DNA from: Eledone cirrhosa
Taxonomy: Eukaryota
Length of the DNA stretch: 64,000 nucleotides
Assembly (NCBI GenBank): GCA_964016885.1
Contig: OZ024747.1
Location: 19,902,001 to 19,966,000 of the forward strand
Direction: 5' to 3'
Below, one piece after another: positions 23,491 through 36,778 of this stretch. Made by a program: the position numbers and the translations under genes. Every line of letters begins with the position of its first letter. The stretch's first letter is position 1. The notes beneath the pieces were generated by a model. It ran no database searches, was not told where the DNA came from, and saw only the letters and a list, made by a program, of their open reading frames with translations.

Positions 23491-24507
23491 CCTAGAAATG
23501 TTTCTCTTAGAATCTCCCGCCTATCGTCCAACCAACAAACCTTCAAAGAACATGCCGAGTATTATGATGATGCACTTAGGAAAGCCGGTCACCTAGATAA
23601 TATAGAGTATATAGTCAATGATCACCAAAACACCCAAAATAAATCACATAGGAGTAGAAATAGCACAGAATCACCACCATACATACACTACCGCAATAGA
23701 CACAATAATAGTCGCACACCACCAAACAGAAGGCGATGTAAGGAGTATATCTGGTACAACCCGGTCTATAACAAATCTATTAAAACCAATCTACCCTCAA
23801 AATTCTTTCGATTAGTTAGAAAACACTTTCCAACATCACATAAATATAATAAAATCTTAAACCCTAACACCATCCGACTTTCATATTCAACCGCCCCTAA
23901 TATTGAACAACATATAAAAATGCTTAACGCAAAACGGTTGTATAAACGCCTTCCAACACATAACAATACACGTAAAACATTAGCTATAACATCACAAAAC
24001 AACAAACAACATCCTGTCCTACATAAGCAACCTCATCAACCCATCCATGGCAATACAACAACGCAAAATTGTAATTGCAACTGTGTCCAACCAGGAATGT
24101 GTCCGTTGAACAATCAGTGTCTTGAACGCAACATCGTATACAAATGTACTATCGAATCGGATAGACAGAAGTGGTACTATGTGGGATCTACAGCCACCTC
24201 CTTTAAATCACGCCTTTATAGACATCGTTATTCGATAAAACATGAAAACCAGCGTTATGTAACAACACTCGCAGACAAGGCTTGGCAGCTGCGTGAAAAT
24301 AACCAACAATTTCACCTAAAATGGGATATAATAGCGGCTGCCCCCCCATAATCCAATGGACAGGAATTTTGTAAATTATGTAATGTGGAATTATTTTGTA
24401 TTATGAAATCCAAAAACATTTTATTAAATAACAGAATAGAGCGATCGTTATACTGTAACCATCGCTTAAAATCTACATTTTCATATTATAAGTACTACCA
24501 GGATTGA
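23491..24507 (+). pseudogene. PLE RT thumb plus GIY-YIG endonuclease, 5'-truncated, with one premature stop (TAA 24349-24351)
   Basis: RISRLSSNQQTFKEHAEYYDDALRKAG, YIWYNPVY, IRLSYSTAPN, CNCVQPGMCPLNNQC, NIVYKC..YYVGSTATSFKSRLYRH; the frame continues past the stop to CKLCNVE..LLNNR..CNH. Confidence 0.9.
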
Positions 24508-25057
24508 ACGCCTGTCTCTATCCCCGTTTGATTGTCAAAATAGATATGAACATTCTTTATTAGTCTTAATTCTATCAACTCTTCTATTATTTACCTTTTA
24601 ATACAAACTGCTATAGATAAAATGAGATTTCTGATTTCTTGATTCAATTCCCTAGTGCAAATACCAGCTGACTACTAGCATTGATGTTATTTAGTAGTAA
24701 TCGAAATCTCCCCCTTCCCCAATTGACACTTTATGATTAATACTACTGCACCAAATGACCAGCCCTGTCCACTGTCCAGTTGGTCAAGTAGAGATTAAAA
24801 TCGGCACTCCCAAAATTCTTATTTAGATTTACTCATGGTATTCTCATTAAAAACCCATTATATACTTGTTTAGCAGTAAATTATTTTACCATCTGTCATA
24901 TTCTATCCCCTCTGTTCCTTCCTCTTTTACTAATATAAATACTTAAATTTTTCTGATTTTATCCAGTTTATCCAAAATCTCTGAAGAAGTGACAACTGAT
25001 TATACATTTGCTATCGAATACTTGCTAACATTATATGATTACGCAAGCAGCGATACA

Positions 25058-25097
25058 TAGGTATTCGGTCTGTTACAGAAACATATGTCAATACCTA
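25058..25097 (+). ncRNA. Atypical shortened-core hammerhead-like motif; mirror copy at 22757-22796 (-)
   Basis: taggtatt CGGTCTGTTACA GAAAC ATAT GTC aataccta: perfect 8-bp stem I and canonical 3' half, no CUGANGA. Confidence 0.5.
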
Positions 25098-25899
25098 ATA
25101 AATCCCTTTTTTAACAAAAGCACTTTCATTTTATATTCATCCTTTCTACATTTCTCCGGAATATAATTTATACTCGTTGAGCAAACCTGCACGTACGCTG
25201 TTCATCTCTAACGTAACGATATATTATCACTACATTATTGATAACCTGAAATTTTATATATATATATATATATATATACATATATACTATACCTGTATGT
25301 ATGTATATATATATAAATATGTGTGTGTGTGTGGGTGTATGTATATATGTGTGTGCATGTATATATATAAATATGTGTGTGTGCATGTATAAACGTATAT
25401 AAACAGATAACATTTATTATTTTTCGCTGACGTCACTTAGATGAATATCACACCTGCGTTTATAGAGAATTGAAAATGAGACAAGGCAATTTTCTCATGG
25501 GTATTAAAGCATAAATAATTAATAAGTTTTCGACCACGAATCTACACCCCATCACAGAAATATATGGCATTCAATATATATCAACTTTAATGTTTAACAT
25601 ATAAAAGAGGAAATAGGTTGTGAATCATAACATAATTGAAATTATATGATGTAATATTTCTCAAAAGTATTTACTGCATAATTAATGTGAATTAATCAAA
25701 AGTATTTACTGCATAATTAATGTTAATATTTTATAATTTAATATTTAGATACATCTATAGACTTGAACAAGAATTTTAATTTGTTTTTCGGAATCTGTCT
25801 TCATATACCATCTGATGAATACAATGTGATTCTGTTTCCAGTCCCATGATTCAGCAGACATATTCAATCTAACTGCTTGCAGTGTGCAATTATATATAT

Positions 25900-26018
<119 letters not shown>

Positions 26019-26025
26019 CATACAC

Positions 26026-26098
<73 letters not shown>

Positions 26099-26102
<4 letters not shown>

Positions 26103-26157
26103 TATGTATCAGCCGTACTAACAGTGAGAAATGAAATTTCATTTTTTCCAATGATAA

Positions 26158-26188
<31 letters not shown>

Positions 26189-26206
26189 AATGGAAAAAAT
26201 GAAATT
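26099..26206 (-). mobile_element. Short (TA)n-embedded terminal fragment (family F) with a small fold-back; homologue at 58663-58732 (+)
   Basis: GGAAAAAATGAAA..TTTCATTTC.CACT.TTAGTACGGCTG shared between the two sites. Confidence 0.65.
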
Positions 26207-26212
26207 CTCAGA

Positions 26213-26421
26213 TGTGAGAAAAACCACAGACACTCCATCTCAACTCTACTTTTGAAAAGCAGAAGAACTGCGAAACCGGTAAAGGAACCAAAGAAATATA
26301 TATATTTAAAAAAAAAAAAAAAAAGGACTCCAGTTGCATTTTCGATTTCATCTTTTTTTCTTTATACTTTCACTCGTGTAGGACACCTCGGTTATTTTTA
26401 ATTTTGTAAAAAAAACCTCAC

Positions 26422-26428
<7 letters not shown>
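26213..26428 (+). mobile_element. Family G element (about 215 bp) with a U3-A8 hammerhead variant at 26249-26284
   Basis: Near-identical to 48120-48329; ctt TTGAAAA gcag aagaa ctgc GAAAC CG GTA aag; ends in (TA)n. Confidence 0.8.
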
Positions 26429-26459
<31 letters not shown>

Positions 26460-26465
<6 letters not shown>

Positions 26466-26727
26466 ATAAAAGTATGTGTTCCTGCATGTAAATAATGCAC
26501 ATAGGGATACAAGTATAGTCCGACCGTATGCAAGTGTGGTTCAATGGCAAGTTAATAAATTAACAAGCCAGAACATATAAAATCAAGGGAAAGCAAATAA
26601 AGAAAAAAATTTTAAATAAATTTCAAAAATTCACTGTACTTATTATATGGCACATATAGTAAGTACAATGAATTTTTTGAAATTTATTTAAAATTTTTTT
26701 CTTTATTTGCCTTTCCTTGATTTTCTG
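26460..26727 (-). mobile_element. Fold-back element: arms of about 70 bp (26579-26649 / 26654-26724) plus tail 26460-26578
   Basis: AAAATCAAGG..GTACTTATTATATG / CATATAGTAAGTAC..CCTTGATTTT; TA-rich flanks. Confidence 0.7.
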
Positions 26728-28824
26728 TATATATAATACTGTATAGATATATTTCCTGTTTTGAAGAAACTATTGTCTAATTTCACAGGTCGTTCACCTT
26801 TAAGCCTCTATCATGCTGAATATCCAAACACAGTACTATCAGTACTATCTAGTACTTGTGTGTGATCCGGTAGCCAACCCAACATTAGAAGTGTTTCTTA
26901 GAAATATTTTCTATACCTTTGAGATATTTTAGAATTATGACAAAAACAAATCTTACATTTCGCATTTTACATCGAAATTGAGAATACATCGTAGTTTCAA
27001 TTGTTTGTTGCATCAACGTCCCCAGATGATTTCACCAATGCTGTGAAGGTATGCAGTGGGCTTCAACGATGTTGCTTTGTATGCAACAAATAGCAACTAG
27101 ATCGCCAAAAATAACACAATGTTATCTAAATTGCGAGGCATTAAATTAATAAATATACCTATAAAGACGAAATGATTACGCATGCAATAGTTTTGATGTT
27201 TGCGAGATCATACATGACCCTGGGTTAAACATCTCATTTTCCTTTGACAGAGCATCAGCGTTAGATATACATGTTAATTCTTTCTTCACAAAACCGAACC
27301 GTTGCACATAGAGGGAATACCATTATTTCTGATGGTGAGTGTACTACATCGACGAAAACCTACATAATTCCATATTTAATTTCTGTCAAGTTACATTTTT
27401 GCATATAACTGTAAAATTGACATTTGGCATATATATTATGATAAATATTATATTCAATAAATATATATTCAGAGAGAAGAAAGTATTGACATGCCTCTAT
27501 ATCGTTTGATTAAAAACAATGTCATTTCTATTTTACGGAAAATAATTCAAACATTCATACTACTACTTAATAGCTTGAAATGTTAGTAATATCAGACTAA
27601 TTCCTATCAATTCACACCATGCAGCATTGAAAAATATATATTATATAATAATGTCTTGGATACAAAGTGCAGGAAAATAAAAGGTTAAATACAACAGGAT
27701 TATTTCTTATCAGCAGGAACAACATAAGATTTGGAATTGTTTGATTAACAGAACAGCACACCCATTAAACTAATATCTAAGTGGCTGCTAACTCTACAGC
27801 AATAGAATAATCCCCTGGGAGATTCAGTATAACACGTTGTCTGACATGGAAGACTCTTTAAATTATAGTTGGACTCAATCCACCGGGCCACCAAATAGTT
27901 TACGTTTACTAAATTTCGTTCGAGACCTGATGATTGCGAAACAAACATCTTGATTATTAAGACATTTAGCGTTCACAAATTTCTTGTCCCACTAAGGCTA
28001 AAAGATAAAATCTATCCCGACGGAATTTGAAATCGAAATGTGTCAAAATGACACGAAATACTGTAATTCAATCTGAACATTTCAAATATTTTCTAACATA
28101 TATTAATGCAATCTTCAATTTCTGAGCTGATATTTTTTCATAAATTAAGATTTTTGTCTTCAACTTTGAATTATAATGTAATTTATTGCTATTCAACTTC
28201 CTTAACAGCTGAATTAGTTGTGTTTTATTGTCCATAACAGTTCTGAGCATTGCAGTTCCAGGCCAGACCATAATTACATATACGCTGCAACAGTAACCTC
28301 AAATTCGCCAATTAAATATTTCTTAGACTCACCTGAAGTCAGTTTCAGATCGTAAAGGTGATTAGATGTCAAATGGTCGATAGTTCTTATCACATTACTT
28401 ATTCCAGTCAGTCCGTATAACTATAAATAAGTGCTATAAGTTAGGTGGAGAGGATATCCGTGAAAACCAAGTGTGATGTATGGCAAACAGTTCTTTCATT
28501 ATTTGTTTCGTTAATACTATAAGACGGAAGCTATATCAGAGGTTTCCATAAAAGAAAATATTCTTAGTATTTTATTCTATGAAAGAATATAAAATATTAG
28601 TGCTCACACTTGGATATATTACAATCTACGAAATATTTTTATTTGTTTTAATAATGAGGTTTATTTTTCGACACAGTTCTTGGAAAGAAACAATGCAGTT
28701 ATTAATAAGGAGAGTTTAAATTAATGCATGCAAGATTTCAGCTCTAACATCATTCCTTTATATTCCACCTATGATATTTTTAGTGTACCCTCGTATTATG
28801 TGTGAGGCGCGTGGCTGATATGTG

Positions 28825-29035
28825 TGAGGCGCGTGGCTGATTGTATAGAGAACTGGATTCGCAATCGTGAGTTTGTCAGTTCGATTCCTGGAGCGGCCGA
28901 TGCGTTGAGCAAGACACTTTATTTCATGTTGCTCCTTCTACCTGGAGTTGCGACAGATAGATAGTATTAGCAATTGGAAAGACCAACGGAAACATTCTTT
29001 CCTCGGTCCGATTTGACCAAAGTCGATCAACAAAT
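28825..29035 (+). mobile_element. tRNA-derived SINE family B
   Basis: B-box-like AGTTCGATTCC, then TTGAGCAAGACACTTTATTTCA; homologue at 34179-34395; 22-bp head duplication at 28797-28839. Confidence 0.8.
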
Positions 29036-29093
29036 TATTTATAAATATATATGTTTTGCGATATTTCTTATCCGAAAACGTGTGTTGAAACAG

Positions 29094-30053
29094 ATATTGT
29101 TATACTTTCGGAGGGTCATGCTGACGATCAAAACACATGCAATTTATTATAAGTTTTCGGTTGGTTGGCTGGTTGGTTCGATAACCGGAAGGTTGTTTAT
29201 AAATTGTCAAAGCTCTTTTGTCACACATTCTGTGACCTCCCAGCGAGTAGGTTTTTATTTTGTGTCTCTCCTTTGTTCTGTCCTACACCATCTTGTTTTT
29301 CTGTGTTGTATGCTTAGTTTGCGCATGAGTTACATCTGTGTGTGTGTTTTTATTTATTTATTTAATTATTTATTTACTTGTCAATAGTTGGTTGTTTGTT
29401 CTATCTGTGTGTGTCTGATTTGTTTCGTTAGTTTGGTTTTTGTGTGTGTCTTCATTTTGTCCTTAATTACTAGTTCTGATGTTGCTATTCCACTCATGTT
29501 TTCTGTTTAATTTTGGTTGGAGTTCGTTTATATTTGTTTCCTCTGTGATTTGTCTGAGCATTGTATCTTTTTTGTGTGTGGATATAAGTTTTATCTCTAA
29601 GTTCTCTAATGTGCCCCCAAGTTCTATTTTGGTTTGTTGGTGGAGTACTGAGGAGTTTTTCCCATCCTGCAGTTCTCGCCAGTGTTCACTTATTCTTGCT
29701 GCTATGCTGTTTCACTGTTGTATCTTATATTCCTATTTTTACACTGTCCCTCGGTACATCTTATGCTATATACTACGTTCCTAGTTTTGCAGTTAGATTG
29801 CGGGCTTAGCTTGCCGACATTTTATATCAGCACAGGGGGATCTTTGGAGTGGGTATGTTTTGCTAATTAGGCGTTTTATGAGGATTCGTGCTCTTTCAAC
29901 TATCCTAATATGTAACCTTGTCTGGGACACTTCTAAATCTATAAGTTAGTTCGCCTCTATGGGTTATATTGACAAATATTACACTCTGGTATTTATTGCT
30001 ATCATACCATGAGTTTATTTGATATGCCTTATTCCCTATCCTTTCTATTCAGT

Positions 30054-30056
<3 letters not shown>
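29094..30056 (-). mobile_element. Family E-related ORF-less element with a decayed hammerhead (29207-29246)
   Basis: Terminal ATGACCCTCCGAAAGTATAACAATA on the minus strand; tcg CTGGGA ggtcac..gtgac AAAAG AG CTT tga; right boundary at (TA)n is inferred. Confidence 0.5.
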
Positions 30057-30113
<57 letters not shown>

Positions 30114-30164
30114 TATATATACATATATGTATACATACATACATACATATATATACATATATGT

Positions 30165-30210
<46 letters not shown>

Positions 30211-30605
30211 TGGTTCCACGAATTCTTCAGAAACCGGACAACCAAACATATTTGTCAAACAGAGGTTTCACTAGAAATCATATCCCCCGGTACTACACAT
30301 CATTGATATGGAGTGCGCTGTTGCCAGATCTTTCCAACATAAAGCTAAGCGCTTCAAAATATATTAGTGAGAAGAATTTTTATCAAAAGATACCATAATT
30401 TCTTTCTCGCCTGCTGGTTTGTGCTGTATACATCATCGTAATTAAATATAGAGCTAGAAGCCTGGTGAGTTAAAGGAAATTATTGAAGCAGTAATTAACT
30501 AAAACGTCTGTAGGAAAGAGGTTCGATTATTTTCTGGTAGAAGGACATGGTACCCCCATACACATCACCTCTGTTAGGTCTAACATAATTATCATCAAAA
30601 CCATC

Positions 30606-30644
<39 letters not shown>

Positions 30645-30760
30645 CCGTCAACACTATATACTATTCTTGTACTAAATACTGATATACACACACACACATA
30701 TATACATACATACATACATATATGTATATATGTATATGTATATATATATATGTATATATA

Positions 30761-30825
<65 letters not shown>

Positions 30826-30898
30826 ACGTGTATGTGTATGCATATAAATAATGTTTCTTTCTCTCTCCCCCTCTCTCTCTCTTTATATATATATATAT

Positions 30899-30965
<67 letters not shown>

Positions 30966-31243
30966 CACCCACAAATAGGTATCGCACCTGTTTCTAGAAA
31001 GATTGGAGGAGTGGGAAAGACAGGGAGGGGGAGAGATAGCAAGAACAAGTGACCGTTTATATGTGCTGGAGTGAATGTGTGAGTGTTTATATACAATTAA
31101 ATATTTTTTCGTTGCTGTATTTTGTGCAGGGATTAAATTAAAATGGGATTGAATTAGAGACAGTAAATGTTTCATGAGACACATTTCAATTCTTATTGTT
31201 AACAAACTCAGCTGCGGGGTATGAATATTATATTACAAACCAA

Positions 31244-31437
31244 GGGCGGTGGATTGGCAGTATCGGTAGAGGGTCGGACGCCATGCTTTGCCGCAAAGAG
31301 TTACGGCCCTTTATGATCTGAGTTCAAATCCCGCCGAGGTTAACTTTGCCTTTCATCCTTACGGGGTCGATAAAATAAAGTACCAGTAATACACTGGGAT
31401 ATTTGCTGACCTTGTGCCAAAAATAGAAACAATTATA
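31244..31437 (+). mobile_element. SINE family A, full length
   Basis: Best consensus-like copy, with A/B boxes and an ATT-rich tail. Confidence 0.92.
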
Positions 31438-32510
31438 TTAGAAACCAATTATAAAAATAATAGATTACTGAATGCGTTTTATTATCTGTTAAATGATGCG
31501 TTTTGTCTCATATTTCAATTGGGTGTCGGACAACGATGACCCTTGCTCGATACGACATTGAACACAGCACGAAAACCCATAAATAATCCGCATTCGTTAT
31601 CATTACAGCGGTATATTGCATCTAACAGACCATAGGTATTAACAGCAGTACTGGACTATAAGGTGAAATGTTTTGCTTATGACTATATGTCATCTTGGCA
31701 ATGTAACGTAAACTGCCAATTATGGAGCTACGGTATTGTAACATATCAGTATCCACGCATTCTGTCTCTCGTTCATTCACTCCACAAATCACTCTCACTA
31801 ATTCCTCTCCACCTCTACCTCTCTACCCCTTTCTCAGTGTCCATCGGGCTGACTGTCGTTGGTGTAATATATAAAGGGCTGCTGTATCAATCGACTGATG
31901 TCTGCATCGTCCATCAACGACTTTTTTAGTTACATTTTTCAACAGTAATAAGAGAAATAATTTATATTTCGACGTCTGTAATTTTAAAACAAATACCGAA
32001 CTTTGTTATTTATTTTTCTTCTTCTTTCATGCTGTTCGTGTTTTTACGTTTTCTTTTAATTTTCATCAAATTTTTATTACGATATTAAACACTGTTGAAC
32101 TAATTATAGTTTAGGTGTCAAATAATTTCAGGTTGTAAAATTCCATTAATGAAATACATTAGATGTATTTGTCATCACGTCAAACATAATTTCTGAACAT
32201 CCTGTTAAAAAAATGGGAGATTCGTTTTCAGGTTGTTGTCGGTGGTGGTGGGGGATAGCATTTTTCTTTTATTTAGTTACTGATGTTGCTATTGCTTTCT
32301 TCAAATGACAAATATCGCGTAAAGACTTATAACTTAGAACGAATAGCTCTGATAAGTTTAATCCTCTATACTTTACAGGTCGTTGAAAACCTATTATGTA
32401 GTTTGAGCTATAATGATACATGCCCTCTTTCATGTGTCTAACCTACCTGTTACACACGAAGGCTCGCATGAGCATCTTTGGTGTCGAGCTAAGTAGGACA
32501 TCTCTTAAGG

Positions 32511-32681
32511 TACCGTATTTCCCGGCGCCGAAGACGCTTCGTCCTCGAGGACGCATCCTAATTTTAACAACCAAAATTTTGAAAAGAAATAATAACAACC
32601 TTCGGCTTCCGGGACGTATGGTAGATTTTTGAGATTTATTTTAGGAAAAAAAAAGCATCTTCGACGCCGAGAAATACGGTA
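32511..32681. mobile_element. MITE of about 170 bp, TIR TACCGTATTTCCCGGCG / CGCCGAGAAATACGGTA
   Basis: TA at both ends; homologous to 17920-18090. Confidence 0.85.
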
Positions 32682-34178
32682 ATTATAGTTTAGTTAATCA
32701 TAGAATAATTGTATGTTTTTGCATCTATTATGTGAATGTAACAAATTTATACCCATTAATTTTTCAATCAATACATCACTACACCTTTCCTCATATATCA
32801 GTTTGTTTAGTCATTCGTCTGTTGTTTCCAATATACTCTTGAATTCTTCCATGGATTCATGAGTCTACCATCCATGTTCGCTTTCCATCTGTTTCTCATT
32901 GATACATAAAGTTTATTGGGATTTAGAGGTATCTCATGGTCAGCTTTTAAGTCCGGAGATGTGACGGATGCTGGGGATATCACCAGATTTATTTGTTTTC
33001 TGCCTAAATTAGAAATCATTTATTATAGTTTATTTCGTGACATCGTATTTTATTTATTATATTTGATTAGATAATTTTATTTCATTTCATCTGGATGTTT
33101 ACATAGTAATGTTTTATATCTACTTAGATAAAGCTTTTAATGATTAAATAAAATACTCCGTTCTCCAATTATTTTTGGATATAATCAACTTTGCTATTCC
33201 TCGAAATTTTCTCAACCCTGCACCTAAATTAGAAGTAACATTTACATATATATTTCCTTCGTATATTCCCCTGCTGTCCCAGGATATGACATACTACGAA
33301 TCAGCAACTTTACATGCAATTGCTCGTTCGGTTATATGTAAAAAAAAAAAAAAATTCGTTTGTGTTTTTTGAATTGCAGAGATAATTTCTTTTCTTTCAT
33401 CTATTTCTTCAATAAAAAATGTTGAGGAAGTGATTCGGCATTTCTTGTCACACAGAGAGACTTTTTATGTCAGATAATTAATATATAAAGCCCGACAGAT
33501 TCAGGTAACTCCAGCAAAGAAGGAAGGTTTTCTATGAAATTCTCAATGTAATTTCACGATTCACTCATTCATTTCGCGTACTGTGTGTGTGTGTGTGTTT
33601 ATATGTGTGTGTATGCATTTATGTGTGTGTGTATGTGTGTGTGTTTAGGTGTGTGCGTATGTTTATGTGTGTGTGTGTGCGTGTGTGTGTGTTTTATGTG
33701 TAAAATTGCCGCTGGATATGGAATAATAATTTGTGTCATTTACAGTGTATCTAAGTTTGGCCCAAGGCCAGAGGATTGTAGTGAAGGAAAATCGATTATA
33801 TCAAAACATATCCATACATATATCAAAACATATCCATACATGCATACATCCATACGTACATACATCCATGCATGCATACATCCATACATGCATACATACA
33901 TGCAAAGAGTCACAGAGTCAAAGCATACACATATATATAGGCACTACATATATACACCCAGACATAACTACACATATGATATATTTTCTTCGAGTTTGGT
34001 TCTAGAGTCCGCTAGAGCCCTTCATATCATTTAACAGACCTTCAAAACAAAACTTCATTTGTACACATTACTATGTAGAAGAGTATGCTGGTTTATCGCA
34101 TTGTATCGTTTTAATCCGCCAACAGAATAGCAAATGTATTGTATATTATCGTATCAATGTCACAAATATTAATCAAGT

Positions 34179-34395
34179 GAAGGCGTGTGGATGAGTGGTA
34201 AGAGAATTGGATTCGCAATCGTGAGGTTGTAAGTTCGATTCCCGGACCGGGCGATGCGTTATGTTCTTGAACAAGACACTTTATTTCACGTTACTCCTTC
34301 TACCTGGAGTTGTGACCGATAGATAGTATTAGCAATTGGAAAGACCAATGGAAACATTGTTTCCTCAGTCCGATTTGTCGAACGTCAATCGTTCT
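34179..34395 (+). mobile_element. tRNA-derived SINE family B
   Basis: Homologous to 28825-29035. Confidence 0.8.
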
Positions 34396-34414
34396 TTAAT
34401 ATTAATCATATTTG

Positions 34415-34792
34415 AGGGTGATGGATTGGCAGAATCATTAGAGCATTGGATGAAATGCTTTGCTGCATTTTATTCCGGTCCTTTACGTTCTAAAGCCAGT
34501 AATTTGTAGGTAATGGGAGGTCGATTATACCGACCTCACTAATTTATTGTTTCTTTATTTTATCGACCTAGGAAGGGTGAAGGATAATGTTGCCCTTAAC
34601 AATTTTGAATTCAGAACATAAAATCATGTAGCAATTATTGCTAAGCAGTTGTCCGATTCTGCGAGTCCACTGCTTTTGAAGATCTGAACTAGCATTGCTT
34701 TTCTTTCTACTCTCCGTAAATGCTGAGTTCAAATCCCGGACAAAGTTAGCTTTGCGTTTCATCCCTACGGGGTCGATAAAATAAAGTACCAG
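34415..34792. mobile_element. Diverged SINE family A fragments (34415-34490 +, 34492-34673 -, 34722-34792 +)
   Basis: Partial consensus matches. Confidence 0.7.
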
Positions 34793-35123
34793 ATTCGTTC
34801 TTTTTGCGTGTTGGGGGCCTCGGCGCAGATTTTCTGTTTTTTTTTGTATGAGTACTATGAAAATATTTTCCACGCACATTTCGCTTTATTTTCTTCACCT
34901 GACTGAAATAGTTTTCCTTTAAACAGTATATGTAATGCAATAAGTTAAATAACCACTTCTCTCTTTAGGAGTTAACTGTTTCTTTTTGACTTGTAAAAGT
35001 TCATGGTATGGTAAATCCGGACAAAACATGTTATTTTGTTTATCCACTATGAAATGTTCATCGACACGGGAGAGATCTAACCTCAGAAATTAAGAGGATG
35101 CAACTCTTTATTCTATGAGATTA

Positions 35124-35810
35124 TAATTATTTCTACTTTTGGCACAAGGCCAGCAATTATTCCAGTACATTACTGGTACTTTATTTTATTGACCCTGTAA
35201 GGATAAAAGGCAAAGTTAACCTCGGCAGAATTTGAACTTAGATCAGAAAGGGGCGTAACTCTGTGCTGCAAAGCCTGTTGTCCGACCTTGAGATAATAAT
35301 TGTTTCTAATTTAGGCACAAGGCCAGCAATTACCCAGTACATTACTGGTACTTTATTTTATCGACGACCCCACAAGGATGAAAGGAAAAGTTAATGATTT
35401 CTACTATAGGTTCAAGGCCAACTATTTTGAGGGTGAGGAAAGTCGACCTAGTGGATTACTGGTACTTTATTTTATCGTCCCCGTAAGGATGAAAGGCAAA
35501 GCTAATCTCGACGGGATTTGAACGCAGAAATCAGAAGATAAAAAACCATAAATATATGCCGCAATGTATATTGTCCGATACTCCAAAACACTACCCCGGG
35601 TCATTTAGGACAAGGCCATCAATTTTGGGCAAGGGAAAATCGATTAAATCGACCCCCAGTGTGTTACTGGTACTTTATTTTATCGACCTTGTAAGGATGA
35701 AAGGCAAAGCTAGCCTCGGCGGGATTTGAATTCAGAACTTAAAGGGTCGTAACTCTATGCTACAAAGCATAGTGTCTGAAACTCTACCGATACTGCCAAT
35801 CCACCGCCCT
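35124..35810 (-). mobile_element. Cluster of four SINE family A copies, all on the minus strand
   Basis: TACTGGTACTTTATTTTAT occurs four times, at about 35172, 35343, 35457 and 35665. Confidence 0.9.
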
Positions 35811-36778
35811 GGGTCATAAATTAATCATAAAAAAACAAATCTAGATCATATATAACCACACATAGAAAATACAATCATATATATACGCGTGTGTCTGTGT
35901 GTGTGTGTGTGTGTGTGTCTGTGGGCATGTTTACATACATAATGAAGATTAGCAATCTGTGTAGAATTATGAAATTTGATGCTGCTATTTGTTTGAATTT
36001 ATATTTCAAATTTTAATTTCCCCAAGGCTAATACAGGGAACTACACATTTGTAGTGTCGGTTAATGACATTTGAGCATCAACAAACTGTTACCTTGCAGG
36101 TAGGATTCAAAAGCCTCTTGAGGAAAGTGCATCATTGGTGTTGCAATGCAATCATATTCGGATATATTAAATTTACTATTTCATAACATGTAGGTTATGC
36201 GTTATATGTAGAAAGTGAAATTAATAGCAAACATCGGTGCAAATTATATTATATAGTTAATTTATATATATGTATTGGAAGCTAGTTTGTATATATAGAA
36301 ATATGTTGAATAAATAGTCTTACAGTATTAAGTTTTATGCCGATATTTTCTATCTAAGTATTACCTGAGTGATATTTCATCTCTCCAGAATAAATGAAGT
36401 AGGGATAATTTATATATTGCAGTTGATTCGATCAACTGTACCTTTCTTTCTACAAACGTTGGCTTCATATCTAGTCTAACGTAATCAATATTATAAATTT
36501 GAACAAACAAACATATGCAAACAAGAAATCAAATATTTCAAATCATATAAAAATATATATATTCAATCTAATATATGCTCAAACATCGTATATTTTCTAT
36601 ATGTTAGCGTGTAGCTAAAATACATTGCTGTGATAATTGTTATATTTGAACGTGTCAAATATCAGCAAGAAGAATGTGTGAGAGAAGATTACAGTCCAAT
36701 CAGAAAGTTGGCAACATATTAAACTCCAAGTCAGGACACGAATAATATCACGTGTTACAAGAGTAGGGCGGCCAGTAA

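Noticed and set aside
24349-24351. Selenocysteine or programmed readthrough in the PLE 2 ORF
   Set aside because: The stop is TAA at a position where paralogues have Tyr/Phe (PY, PF), so it is a simple nonsense mutation.
27924-27950. CTGATGA-TTGC-GAAAC
   Set aside because: No stems I-III and no (TA)n context; likely chance.
30460-30512. CTGGTGA-GTTAA..TTAAC-TAAAACGTC in a (TA)n-flanked insert
   Set aside because: Two core mismatches and a weak stem I; possibly a decayed HHR but unsupported.
32807-33019. 70-aa non-repetitive ORF with an acceptor-like site (similarly 27745-27948)
   Set aside because: No recognisable domain and no clear donor site; within chance expectation.
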